Of a DNA stretch of 64,000 nucleotides, positions 1 through 9,218 are shown in pieces. Origin of the DNA: Anaeromyxobacteraceae bacterium (GTDB lineage Bacteria; Myxococcota; Myxococcia; Myxococcales; Anaeromyxobacteraceae). The translations under genes were made by a program, and so were the position numbers. Numbering within the stretch: position 1 is the stretch's first letter; each line of letters begins with the position of its first letter. Below the pieces are notes generated by a model. It saw only the letters and a list, made by a program, of their open reading frames with translations, did no database searches and was not told the origin of the DNA. The stretch spans positions 576,001-640,000 of the forward strand of contig JAULAX010000017.1 in assembly GCA_032654565.1 (NCBI GenBank). Direction: 5' to 3'.

Positions 1-3000
1 GCGGAGCGTGAACGCGCCGGAGCTGGCGCCGAGCTGGGTGGTGCCCACGGTGGTCTCGTAGATGCCGTGGTTGTCGGTGGCGGCGGCGGAGCTGCTCGGG
101 TACCTGGGGCTCAGGGTCAGGAGCAGCGGGTAGTTGGTCACGTCGCAGGTGGCGCCGAAGAGGCTGGCCGAGCTGGCCACCTTGAGCCGGACGGCGCTGA
201 TGGGCTGGGAGGCGCCGCCGTTCATCCGGCTGAAGGCGCGGACCTGCACCCGGAAGCCAGCGGCGGTGTTGGTGACCACCGCGGCGTTCATGGGGTTGAG
301 GATGGCCACCACCGGCACCAGCGTGCCGCCCGTGGGGTTGCCCTCGTTGAGGCCGCCGGGGAAGAGCGGCCCGACCGGCGAGCCGAGCGAGTAGTTGCCG
401 CAGGTGTCCCGGGTGAAGACCTTGAAGTAGTACGCGGTGGTGGCGGTCAGGCCGGTGGAGTTGCACAGGAGCATGGAGCCCGAGCAGGCCACGGTGCTGC
501 CGCCGAGGATGGCGTTGGCGGCGTAAGGGGTCCCGTCGACAGGCGTCTCGGTGACCGGCCCACCCTGCTTGCGCAGCACCACCACGTCGGCGGCGGCGCT
601 CCAGTTGAGCTGGATGTTGGTGGCGCCGGTGGCGACGCCGCTCCAGGCCACCTCGCCGGGTGCCAGGTTGTCGATGGTGACGGTGGCGCTGGCTGAGTCG
701 CCGTAGCTGCGCGGGTTGTTGGAGGCGACCGAGGTCACGGTGCCGGTGACGGCGTACTGCTGGCCGGCGCTGGGGGCCGGCATGGCGGCGTGGGTGTTGG
801 GCGTGATCCGGACGGTGTAGGTGCTGGTGACGCCGATGGCCTGGGCGACGCTGCCGACGTAGACATTGACGGTGTCGCCGCCGGGGACGGCGCTGCCCAG
901 CACGGCGTTGCTGGCGTCGAGGATCTCCACCTTGGCGACGTTGACCCAGGCGCCGGCCGGGGCCAGCTGGACGCTGATGCGGGTGACCACGTCGGCGGCG
1001 ACGGTGGCGCTCAGCGTGAAGGCGTCGAGCGGCGTGGCGGCGCCAGCGGGGCAGAGCAGCGCCACGTTGCCGGGGTTGGTGCCGTCGCCGACCGCCAGGC
1101 CGGTGACCGGGGGCACCGGCGCGCCGGAGGTGGCGGCGCCGGGGGTGGACCAGTTCCCGACGGCGTCCTGGACGAAGACCTTGACGTTGTAGGTGGTGCC
1201 GTTGGTGAGGCCGGTGATGGTGGTGGTGCCGGCGGCGCCGGCCGTCCCGCCCACGAAGGCGATGGTGCTGGCGCCGAGCGTGCCCGGCGCGGCGTAGGTG
1301 GTCGTCCCCTCCACCGGAACGTCGCTGATGGCGGTGGTGGCCCGGTAGAGGACCAGGGTCCGCGCGTAGTCGGTGGCCGGGTTGGTCCAGTTGACCACCA
1401 GCTGGCCGTTCCCCGGGGTGAGCGACAGGCCGGAGACATCGGTGGGGGAGGCGTTGTCGATGGTGAGCGTGCCGCTGGTGGTGTCGCTGTAGCTCTTGCC
1501 GTTGCCCGAGGTCAGGCCGGTGACGCTGGCGGTCACGGCGTAGGCGCCCCCTGGCACCGCCGGCATGGCGGCGTGCGACCGCGGGGTGACGCGGACCTTG
1601 TACGGGGTCAGGGTGGTGGTGGCGGTGATGCTGGTGGACAGCGGGATGGCCACCGACGAGGAGGCCGGGTTGGCGGCCGAGCCGTACACCGTGGTGCCGG
1701 CGTCGTTGGTGAGCTCGACCAGCCCGACGCCGCTCACCGTGGAGAGGGTGACGCTGGCGGCGGTGACGGTGTCGGTGCCGGCGCTGGTCTGCAGGGTGAA
1801 GGCGTCGACCATGGTGGCGAGGCCGCCCGGTCCCACCGCGCCGCCGAGCCCGGCGTCGGTGCCGTTGCCCACGGTGAGCGTCGGCCCGCTGGTAGTGGCG
1901 AAGGCGGTGGCGTTGACCGCCGAGCGCGCGGCGGCGACGCCCGCCCCGTTGCGGGCGGTGACCCGGAAGAAGTAGCCGGTGCCGGAGGTGAGCCCGGTAG
2001 CGGTGGCGGTGGGGGTGGTGGCGGTGGTGGAGCCGGCCACTGCGACGAAGCCGCTGGTGAGCGACCACTCGACCAGGTAGTCGGTGGCGGCCGGCGTCGG
2101 CGCCACCCAGTTGACCACGATGGAGGAGGTGGTGACGGCGCCCATGGTGGGCGCGGCCACCACCGGGTTGGTCAGCGTCCAGGTGCTGCTGCTGGTGCCG
2201 ACGGTGCTGCCGCCCGCGTTCACCGCGGTGATCCGGTACCAGTACCGGGTGTTGGCGGTGCGGAGGGTGTGCGTCCTGGTGAGCACGACCAGGCCGGTGA
2301 TCACCGAAGTGAAGGTGGTGCCGTCGGTGGAGACGTCGACGTTGTAGGTGGTAGCGCCGGCGGCCGCGGTCCAGTTGACCGTGATGGAGGTGGTGAAGGG
2401 GGCCGTGTAGGTGGGCGTTCCGGGTGCGCCGGGGGGAGCGGTCGGGCTGCCCGTGCCGGCGGCGCCCGGGGTCGACCAGTTGCCGGCGCCATCCTGGACG
2501 AAGACCTTGACGTTGTAGGTGGTGCCGTTGGTGAGGCCGGTGATGGTGGTGGTGCCGGCGGCGCCGGCCGTCCCGCCCACGAAGGCGATGGTGCTGGCGC
2601 CGAGCGTGCCCGGCGCGGCGTAGCTGGTCGTCCCTTCGACCGGGACGTCGGCGATGGGGGTGGTGGCCCGGTAGATGACAAGGGTCCGCGCGAAGTCGGT
2701 GGCCGGGTTGGTCCAGCTGACGACCAGCTGGCCGTTCCCCGGGGTGACGGTGAGGCCGGTCACGTCACCCGGCGAGAGGTTGTCGATGGTGAATGCGGTG
2801 GCCGGGGCGGTGTCGCTGCCGGCTGCGGCGTAGCTGGCCGGCGCGAAGGTCGAGACGTTGGCCGAGATGGTGTAGGCCGCCCCCGCGGGCGCCGCCATGG
2901 TGGCGTGGGTCTTCGGCGTGGCGCAGACGTAGTAGCTGGTGGCGGTGGTGGTCGCCGGGATGGGGGTGGTGAGCGTGATGGCGTTGGCGCCGTCGACGAT

Positions 3001-4026
3001 GGTGGGGATGGTGCCGAACGGGGTGGCCTGGGCGCAGGTGGCCGAGTTCTGGATCGAGAGGCTGGCCAGGCCGGCGGCGTTGCCGGCGCCGGAGAGGTTC
3101 ACGGTGACGCTGCCGACGTTGTCGGTGGTGCCCGTGGTGACCTGCAGCGTGAAGGCGTCCACGGCGGTGGCGGCGGCGCCGGGGGCGAGCGTGGTCCCGG
3201 TGGGATCGGTCCCGGTGGCGAGGGTCACGGTGCCGGTGGCGGCCGGACTGAGCGCCAGCGCGCCGATGCCCCAGCGGTTCAGCGTACCCGAGGTCAGCGT
3301 GGCGGCCGTGGTCGCCGGCTCCGTTCCCGCGCTCACCCGCGACACCTGCGAGAGCTCGAACTGGTCGCGGGCGCTGACGGTGATGTCGAACTGCTCGGTG
3401 AAGCCGGACGGAGGGGTGGTCGAGCCGACCGTGCCGTAACGCCAGTTGAACCCGGCCACGACCAGCCCGTTGGCCGGGTAGGCGAGCGTGGTCCCGAAGG
3501 AGTAGGGCGTGGTGTTGGCCTCCAGTCCGTTCTCGAGCGCGGCGCCGATGGGGGCGGACTGGAGGACGTTGTTGAACACCGCCGCGTAGACCGCCGAGGC
3601 CTGGTTGGTCGGCAGCCCCGAGACGGTCAGGGTCATGGTGCCGGAGGCGAGCCCGATCTGGGCCTCGGTGAAGTACCCGAACCAGAGGTGCTGTCGAGTG
3701 GCGGTGGCCCCAGGCACGTAGGTGCGCGTCCAGCCGGTGGCCGTCTGCGGGTTGGTGGTCCCGTAGGTCGCCGTGGCGCTCGCCGCCGTGGCCGCGGTGC
3801 TCAGCTCCATGAAGGCCGCGACGAGGATGATCCGGTTCGCACCGGTCGCGGGCTTTGCGAAGGTGGCTGCGTAGCTGGTGGCCGTTCCCGGGGTGCCGAT
3901 CTGCGTCCAGGCACCATTCAGCGCCACCTGCGCCCCCGCCCTCCCCGCCTGCGCCGCGAGGAGCAGGGCGGCCAGCGCCGCGGCGGCGCGGGCCAGGGTC
4001 TTCACGAGGTTCATCGGTGCAGCCAT
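1..4026 (-). CDS. Large secreted Thr/Ala-rich surface protein with fibronectin type III and Ig-like repeats (runs off the left edge)
   Basis: Manual translation from ATG at 4026 (MAAPMNLVKTLARAAAALAALLLAAQAG, signal peptide) stays open to base 1. FN3-like motifs include GQLVVSWTNP, TITGLTNGTTYNVKVF and TRYWYRITAVN. Not in the ORF track because its stop lies outside the window. Confidence 0.88.
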   Translation of the reverse strand, partial: MAAPMNLVKTLARAAAALAALLLAAQAGRAGAQVALNGAWTQIGTPGTATSYAATFAKPATGANRIILVAAFMELSTAATAASATATYGTTNPQTATGWTRTYVPGATATRQHLWFGYFTEAQIGLASGTMTLTVSGLPTNQASAVYAAVFNNVLQSAPIGAALENGLEANTTPYSFGTTLAYPANGLVVAGFNWRYGTVGSTTPPSGFTEQFDITVSARDQFELSQVSRVSAGTEPATTAATLTSGTLNRWGIGALALSPAATGTVTLATGTDPTGTTLAPGAAATAVDAFTLQVTTGTTDNVGSVTVNLSGAGNAAGLASLSIQNSATCAQATPFGTIPTIVDGANAITLTTPIPATTTATSYYVCATPKTHATMAAPAGAAYTISANVSTFAPASYAAAGSDTAPATAFTIDNLSPGDVTGLTVTPGNGQLVVSWTNPATDFARTLVIYRATTPIADVPVEGTTSYAAPGTLGASTIAFVGGTAGAAGTTTITGLTNGTTYNVKVFVQDGAGNWSTPGAAGTGSPTAPPGAPGTPTYTAPFTTSITVNWTAAAGATTYNVDVSTDGTTFTSVITGLVVLTRTHTLRTANTRYWYRITAVNAGGSTVGTSSSTWTLTNPVVAAPTMGAVTTSSIVVNWVAPTPAATDYLVEWSLTSGFVAVAGSTTATTPTATATGLTSGTGYFFRVTARNGAGVAAARSAVNATAFATTSGPTLTVGNGTDAGLGGAVGPGGLATMVDAFTLQTSAGTDTVTAASVTLSTVSGVGLVELTNDAGTTVYGSAANPASSSVAIPLSTSITATTTLTPYKVRVTPRSHAAMPAVPGGAYAVTASVTGLTSGNGKSYSDTTSGTLTIDNASPTDVSGLSLTPGNGQLVVNWTNPATDYARTLVLYRATTAISDVPVEGTTTYAAPGTLGASTIAFVGGTAGAAGTTTITGLTNGTTYNVKVFVQDAVGNWSTPGAATSGAPVPPVTGLAVGDGTNPGNVALLCPAGAATPLDAFTLSATVAADVVTRISVQLAPAGAWVNVAKVEILDASNAVLGSAVPGGDTVNVYVGSVAQAIGVTSTYTVRITPNTHAAMPAPSAGQQYAVTGTVTSVASNNPRSYGDSASATVTIDNLAPGEVAWSGVATGATNIQLNWSAAADVVVLRKQGGPVTETPVDGTPYAANAILGGSTVACSGSMLLCNSTGLTATTAYYFKVFTRDTCGNYSLGSPVGPLFPGGLNEGNPTGGTLVPVVAILNPMNAAVVTNTAAGFRVQVRAFSRMNGGASQPISAVRLKVASSASLFGATCDVTNYPLLLTLSPRYPSSSAAATDNHGIYETTVGTTQLGASSGAFTLR
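1166..1297. repeat. 132-bp exact intragenic direct repeat, copy 1
   Basis: Identical to 2492-2623 by direct reading; encodes part of an FN3 module. Confidence 0.85.
2492..2623. repeat. 132-bp exact intragenic direct repeat, copy 2
   Basis: Identical to 1166-1297. Confidence 0.85.
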
Positions 4027-4079
4027 GTGGTTCACCTTGGGGAGGGAACGCGGGGCGGTGGTCACGGGCGCGCTCCGGG

Positions 4080-5174
4080 TCACCGGGGATCCACGGTGAG
4101 CGAGTTGGAGTCGGCGTTGTGCACGGCGTGGCAGGTGGTGCAGCGGACCACACCTGCATCGAGCCTGAGGTCGTTGGTGGTGTTGGTGTCGCCGGCGGTC
4201 TGCAGCGCCCCGTTGGCGTCGAGGACGTTGGCCGCGGCGCGGTCGTACCCCATGCCGTTGGCGTTGAGCGCCTGGCCGACCGGGTGGCTGAAGACGAAGG
4301 TCCCGTTCCCGGTCCCGCCCACCGTGGTGTGGGTCTGGTCGCGCGAGGCGTGACACTGCAGGCACATGGCGTCGGCCACGTTGCTGGCCCGCAGGTGGGC
4401 GTAGGAGATGTAGAAGTCCCAGTACTGGCCGGCGATCGGGGTGCCGGAGAAGGTCACCTGGACGGAGCTGTCGTCGAGGGCGAAGGGAGTACCGGGCGTC
4501 CGAAGTGTCGTGCCGCTGGTCAGGGCGCCCTGCACCCAGGCCCCGTTGTGAACCCACCAGGTCGGGGCGCCGGTCCCGGCGTCGTGGGAAATGGCCACCT
4601 CGAACTGGCTTCCCGAGACGAAGGCCACCTGCACCCGGTACCCCCTGGTGTTGGCCGCCGAGGTCGGCAGGGTCAGCGCCATGACCATGGAGCCGGTGCC
4701 CCCGGTCATCGTGGTGTTGGTGGCGGCCGGGATCGAGGTGTGCAGGGTGCGCGTGTCGAAGGCCTTCACGTCGGCGTGGACGTCATGGCAGGCGGCGCAC
4801 TGGATGCGGCCGTCCTTGATCCGCTTCAGCATCTCGGTGTCGGTGGGACGGGCCGCGCCGAAGGCGGCGTTCTCGGCCAGGGCGTCCCAGCGGTGCTGCT
4901 GGCCGCTCGTCCCCGGGGTGGCCTGGTCCTCGTACACCCAGGGGAAGCCCAGGCGGGCACCGGTCGTGGCCGGCGCGGTGTTGTGGCAGGCGGTGCAGGC
5001 GATGTTGTTGTCCGGCTGGTTGAGCAGCGTGCCGCCGGCGGAGTTGTGGAGCTTGTGGCAGTTCTCGCAGGTGCCGATGGTGATCGAGCCGTCGTGCGGG
5101 GCGTCGACGGCGGGCGCCGCCGCCGGCGCCAGCGCGAGGAGGACGGCGAGGAGTCCACTCCAGCGGGCGCGCAT
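4080..5174 (-). CDS. Secreted pentaheme c-type cytochrome (doubled-CXXCH type)
   Basis: Signal peptide; CENCH, CTACH, CAACH, CLQCH and CTTCH motifs; TGATG overlap with the upstream gene. Confidence 0.9.
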   Translation of the reverse strand: MRARWSGLLAVLLALAPAAAPAVDAPHDGSITIGTCENCHKLHNSAGGTLLNQPDNNIACTACHNTAPATTGARLGFPWVYEDQATPGTSGQQHRWDALAENAAFGAARPTDTEMLKRIKDGRIQCAACHDVHADVKAFDTRTLHTSIPAATNTTMTGGTGSMVMALTLPTSAANTRGYRVQVAFVSGSQFEVAISHDAGTGAPTWWVHNGAWVQGALTSGTTLRTPGTPFALDDSSVQVTFSGTPIAGQYWDFYISYAHLRASNVADAMCLQCHASRDQTHTTVGGTGNGTFVFSHPVGQALNANGMGYDRAAANVLDANGALQTAGDTNTTNDLRLDAGVVRCTTCHAVHNADSNSLTVDPR

Positions 5175-8100
5175 CACGGGCTCCCCTTCCCTGCGACGAC
5201 GACGGTGACCGGGGCCGGGCGGCTGCGCACCGTGCCGTCGTCCACCTCCAGCTCGAAGCGATAGGTCCCCTCGGCCATCGGCACGAAGGTGGGGGCCGAC
5301 TGGCCCGACTTGAGGGCGACCCAGGGGCCGCCCACCTGCGTCCAGCGGTAGCGGCGGCCGCCCACCGAGGCGCGGCCGTCGAGCCGGACCAGCTCGCCGG
5401 TGATCGCGGAGGCCGGGCCGGCGGCGCGGGCCACCGGGATGGGGGCGTCATTGGCGCGGGCCTCGAAGCCGACGCGGACCGGCAGCGAGCCCACCCCCGC
5501 CTCCTCGACCACCAGCTCGAACTGGTACCAGCCGGGCACGAAGGCCACGGCGCTGGCCTGGGGGCGATCCTCGTCGGCCAGGGCGGCGGCCGGGCCGGCC
5601 ACCTGCCTCCAGGCGTGGCGCAGGGGGCCGCCGGAGCCGGCCAGGCTGCCGGCGCCGTCGAGCACGATGGCGGCGTTGACCGGGACGGTGGCGGCCAGCG
5701 GGGCGACCGCGGCCAGCGGCAGCGCGCCGCCGCCCTCGGCCACGAAGACGTCCACCCGCGCCGGGGCCGACCAGGCCAGGCCGTCGACGGCGAAGGCGGC
5801 GAAGGCGTAGCGGCCGGCCAGCGGCGGCACGAAGCTGGGCGTGGCGCTGCCGGGGTCGGAGAGCGTGGCGGCCGGGCCGCTCAGCTGCTCCCAGCGGATG
5901 GCCGGCCCGACGCTGGCGACGGCGCCGAGCTGGACCGGCTGGCCCACCTCGCCGAGCACCACCGGCAGGTCGACGATGGCGGTGGGGGCGACCCGCCGCT
6001 CGTCCACCACCATCACCGGCACGTCGACGGCGTCGGCGGCGCCGCTGCCGTCGCGCACCAGGGCGCGCACCGGGTGGTAGCCCAGCCCCAGCTCGCCGGT
6101 GCGCAGGGCGATGGCCGGGGTCACGCCCACCGTCGCCTGGTCCAGCTCCCAGCCGAAGCCGAGGGCGTCGCCGTTGGCGTCGCTGGAGGCGGCGGCCGAG
6201 AGCTCGAGCCGGTCGCCGGCGGCCACCACCGCCATCCGGTCGGCGGCGGCGCGCGGGGCGACGTTGAGCACGGTGACCGAGACCTGCGCCGCAGGGCTCA
6301 GCGAGGCGCCGCAGCGGGCCTGCCCCTCGAAGGTGTAGCGCCCGGCGGCCCGGGCGATGAACGAGGGCGTCAGCGTGGTGGCGGCGCGGAGCGCCACCGG
6401 CGGCCCGCTCACCTGCCGCCAGGTGGTGCTGCAGGCGCCCGGGCCCATCACCGTCGAGGAGAGGTGGACCTCGCCGGGGCGCACCTGGTCCGGCCCTCCA
6501 GCGGTCATCAGCGCCGTGCCGTCGCCGGCGTTGTTGGGGTCGGTGCCGGCCTGGAGCTCGGCCAGGTCGGAGCGGCCGTCGCCGTCGCTGTCGCCCGTGG
6601 TGGGGTCGGTCCGGGAGGCGTACTCCTCGGCGTTGCTCAGGCCGTCGCCGTCCAGGTCGAGCATGGCGTCGGAGGGATCGAACGGGTTCAGGCCATGGGC
6701 CAGCTCCCAGGCGTCGGGCATGCCGTCGCAGTCGCTGTCGAGCTGGCCTTCCACCAGGCAGGTGGGCAGCGGCTGGCCGACCCCGAAGCGCTCCAGCCGG
6801 CCCAGCTCCAGGTTGGCCACCAGCACGTCGCCGTTGACCATGGGTGCGATGCCGACCGGCTGGCGGAGCTGCCCGGGGGCGTCGCCGAAGGCGCCCAGGG
6901 TGCCGAGCGGGGCGCCGTCGGGCGCCATCACCTTGACGTTGCCGCTGAAGACGTCGGAGACGAAGAGCCGCCCGGCCGGGTCGAAGCCGATGCCGCCGAG
7001 GCGCAGAACCTGGCCGGGGCCGCTGCCCTGGGCGACGATGGAGCGGAGGTGGACGCCGGTGGTGGCGTTGAAGGCGTGGACCATCGGGCCGGAGACGTTG
7101 GCGGACTGGGCGATCCAGACGTTGCCTGCGCCGTCGACGGCCACGTCGGTGGCGGCCACCAGCGGCACGCCGTCCGGGGTGGCGCGCAGCTCGCGGACCA
7201 CCGTCCCCTGCGAGTTGAGGGCGCGGGCGCCGGGGCTCCCCTGCTCCACCACCCAGAGCAGGCCGCTGGCCCGGTCCCAGGCCATGGCGGTGGGGCCGGA
7301 GGCGGTGCCGAGCCGCAGGCGCCGCAGCACCCGGCCGCTGGTGGCGTCGATGGTGAGGATCAGCCCGGTGCGGGTGGCGGCGAAGACGGTGCCGTCGCCG
7401 GCGGCCACCGCGGTGACCGGGGCCTCCACGGCCGGGGCGCCGCGCAGCTCGCCGCGGCGGGTGAACAGGAAGAGCTTCCCCTCCCCGTCGGCCACGGCGA
7501 TGTCGCCGCCGCCGGCCGCGGCCAGCCGGCGCGGGGCGCGCACCCTCTTGGCCAGGCCGCCCTGGAAGACCGAGACCACCACCTGGAAGCTCTCGACGCG
7601 GGTGGTGGTGCCGGTGGCGCTGCTCACGGCCACGGTGACGTCGGAGGCGCCCTCGACGGCCGGGGCGGTCCAGGTGACGGCGGCGCCGCTGGTGGCGTCG
7701 AGGCTGCCGCCGCTGGCGGTCCAGGCGTAGGTGAGCGGGCCGCCGGCCGGGTCGGAGGCGGTGACCGCGAGCGGGAAGGCGCCGCCGGCGATGAAGGGAC
7801 CGGCGGGACGTTCGAAGGCGGAGATGACCGGGGCGCCGGCCGCCGCGGCCGAGACCACGGCGGTGACCGAGGCGCTGGTGCTGTTGCCGGCGGTGTCGGT
7901 GCCGAGGCAGGCGATGACGGCGCTGCCCGAGGCGGGCGCGGTCCAGGTCACCACCGTCGAGGCCGGGTTGCCGTTGGTGAAGAGCGGCGCGGCCAGCGTC
8001 CCGGCCGTGGCCGACACCTCCAGCGTCCGCAGCGTGGCCAGGTACATCGAGCTGGACTGGCTGGCGGTGCAGGTCACGGTCACCGCGCTGCCCGGGGTGA

Positions 8101-8239
8101 GGCCGGAGCAGGTGCCGGGGACGGTGGCGCAGTCCCCCCCCGCCACCGCGAGCGAGGCCCGCCAGGCGGCGCCGGCCGCAGACGGCGCCACGGTGGCGAG
8201 GGACGCAACGAGTGCGCACACGAGGATCCTGGGCGTCAT
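5174..8239 (-). CDS. Secreted NHL-repeat beta-propeller protein with Ca-binding DxDxDG repeats and PKD-like domains
   Basis: Signal peptide MTPRILVCALVASLA; NHL-like GQLRQPVGIA; DSDCDGMPDAWE/DLDGDGLSNAEE; repeated WxQVxGP PKD-like motifs. Confidence 0.82.
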   Translation of the reverse strand: MTPRILVCALVASLATVAPSAAGAAWRASLAVAGGDCATVPGTCSGLTPGSAVTVTCTASQSSSMYLATLRTLEVSATAGTLAAPLFTNGNPASTVVTWTAPASGSAVIACLGTDTAGNSTSASVTAVVSAAAAGAPVISAFERPAGPFIAGGAFPLAVTASDPAGGPLTYAWTASGGSLDATSGAAVTWTAPAVEGASDVTVAVSSATGTTTRVESFQVVVSVFQGGLAKRVRAPRRLAAAGGGDIAVADGEGKLFLFTRRGELRGAPAVEAPVTAVAAGDGTVFAATRTGLILTIDATSGRVLRRLRLGTASGPTAMAWDRASGLLWVVEQGSPGARALNSQGTVVRELRATPDGVPLVAATDVAVDGAGNVWIAQSANVSGPMVHAFNATTGVHLRSIVAQGSGPGQVLRLGGIGFDPAGRLFVSDVFSGNVKVMAPDGAPLGTLGAFGDAPGQLRQPVGIAPMVNGDVLVANLELGRLERFGVGQPLPTCLVEGQLDSDCDGMPDAWELAHGLNPFDPSDAMLDLDGDGLSNAEEYASRTDPTTGDSDGDGRSDLAELQAGTDPNNAGDGTALMTAGGPDQVRPGEVHLSSTVMGPGACSTTWRQVSGPPVALRAATTLTPSFIARAAGRYTFEGQARCGASLSPAAQVSVTVLNVAPRAAADRMAVVAAGDRLELSAAASSDANGDALGFGWELDQATVGVTPAIALRTGELGLGYHPVRALVRDGSGAADAVDVPVMVVDERRVAPTAIVDLPVVLGEVGQPVQLGAVASVGPAIRWEQLSGPAATLSDPGSATPSFVPPLAGRYAFAAFAVDGLAWSAPARVDVFVAEGGGALPLAAVAPLAATVPVNAAIVLDGAGSLAGSGGPLRHAWRQVAGPAAALADEDRPQASAVAFVPGWYQFELVVEEAGVGSLPVRVGFEARANDAPIPVARAAGPASAITGELVRLDGRASVGGRRYRWTQVGGPWVALKSGQSAPTFVPMAEGTYRFELEVDDGTVRSRPAPVTVVVAGKGSP

Positions 8240-8253
8240 GGACGGGGTCCAAG

Positions 8254-8269
8254 TGCAAGGGGCGCGCCT
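8254..8269 (-). promoter_or_regulatory. Possible sigma-54 -24/-12 promoter of the NHL/cytochrome operon
   Basis: AGGCGCGCCCCTTGCA (GG-N10-GC, ending TTGCA) just upstream of ATG 8239; it would give a very short leader. Confidence 0.45.
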
Positions 8270-8402
8270 CGCCGACCTCGCGAAAGCCAAGGGCTTTCCG
8301 CCCAGATGGCCCCGTCGATACGGGGGGCTGGAGGGCCCGCCGCCCAGGCGCGCCGGCGCCATCATCCTCCGGGTTGGGGCTATTCCCCCACCCGGGAGCG
8401 AT

Positions 8403-8416
8403 TTGACGCAGATCCA
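8403..8416. promoter_or_regulatory. FNR/Crp-family-like box
   Basis: TTGACGCAGATCCA compared with the consensus TTGAT-N4-ATCAA. Confidence 0.35.
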
Positions 8417-8564
8417 GTCTGGAGCCGATTCCCGGTGGTGTCAGCCCCTCTCCCACACCGCCGTATGTGCGCCCACGAAAACTTTGCGCCGGGCCTCCGG
8501 GCGACCCCCTCGACCCCCTCCCCCGCCGCGGCGCTCGGGAGATCCTGGCGGCCGCCGCCCCCCC

Positions 8565-9218
8565 CTACTCGTCCACCCGCACCACCCCCTGCTTGATGGC
8601 GAAGCGGACCAGCTCGGTCCGGTTGTGCAGGCCGAGCTTCTCCATCACGTGTTCACGGTGCGTCATGGCGGTCTTGACGCTGATGCCGAGCACCTCGCCC
8701 ACCTCCTTGTTGCTCTTCCCGTCGGCCACCAGCTTGAGCACCTGCTTCTCGCGGTCGGTCAGGCCGTCGTAGGGGTCGGCGTGGCCGGCCGCCACCGGCC
8801 CGCCCTCCGACATGGCGACGCGGGCCACCGCCGGGTCCAGCACCAGCCCGCCCTTGTGGACGGCGCGGATGGCCCCGGCCAGCTCGGCGCCGGCCGACCG
8901 CTTGAGCACGTAGCCGGAGACGCCGGCCTTGAGCAGCCGCCGCACGTACTCCCGGTCATCGTACTGGGAGAGGATGAGGATGCGGGCCCGGCGCCCCTGC
9001 TTCTTCAGCTCCAGGGTGGTCTCGATGCCGCCCAGCCCGGGCATGGCGATGTCCATGATCACCACGTCGGGATCGAGCCGCTCCACCGCCGCCAGCGCCT
9101 CCTGCCCGTCGCTGGCCTCGCCCACCACCTCCAGGTCCTCCTGCGACTTGAGCAGGGCGCGCACCCCCTCGCGCAGGATGGCGTGGTCGTCGACGATGAG
9201 GACGCGGATGGCGCTCAT
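8565..9218 (-). CDS. NarL/LuxR-family response regulator
   Basis: MSAIRVLIVDDH receiver domain; LTDREKQVLKLVADGKSNKEVG HTH. Confidence 0.95.
   Translation of the reverse strand: MSAIRVLIVDDHAILREGVRALLKSQEDLEVVGEASDGQEALAAVERLDPDVVIMDIAMPGLGGIETTLELKKQGRRARILILSQYDDREYVRRLLKAGVSGYVLKRSAGAELAGAIRAVHKGGLVLDPAVARVAMSEGGPVAAGHADPYDGLTDREKQVLKLVADGKSNKEVGEVLGISVKTAMTHREHVMEKLGLHNRTELVRFAIKQGVVRVDE

Noticed and set aside
67..4353. Long plus-strand ORFs (e.g. 790-4353) and similar long shadow ORFs across the window (19601-24898, 15978-18686, 59167-60816)
   Set aside because: Antisense or off-frame shadows of real genes in high-GC DNA; low-complexity G/R/A/P translations without motifs.
8270..8400. 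Possible c-di-GMP (GEMM) riboswitch upstream of the cytochrome operon
   Set aside because: A GAAA-tetraloop hairpin is present, but the GGCAAA...GACGCAAAG...CTAA core is absent.
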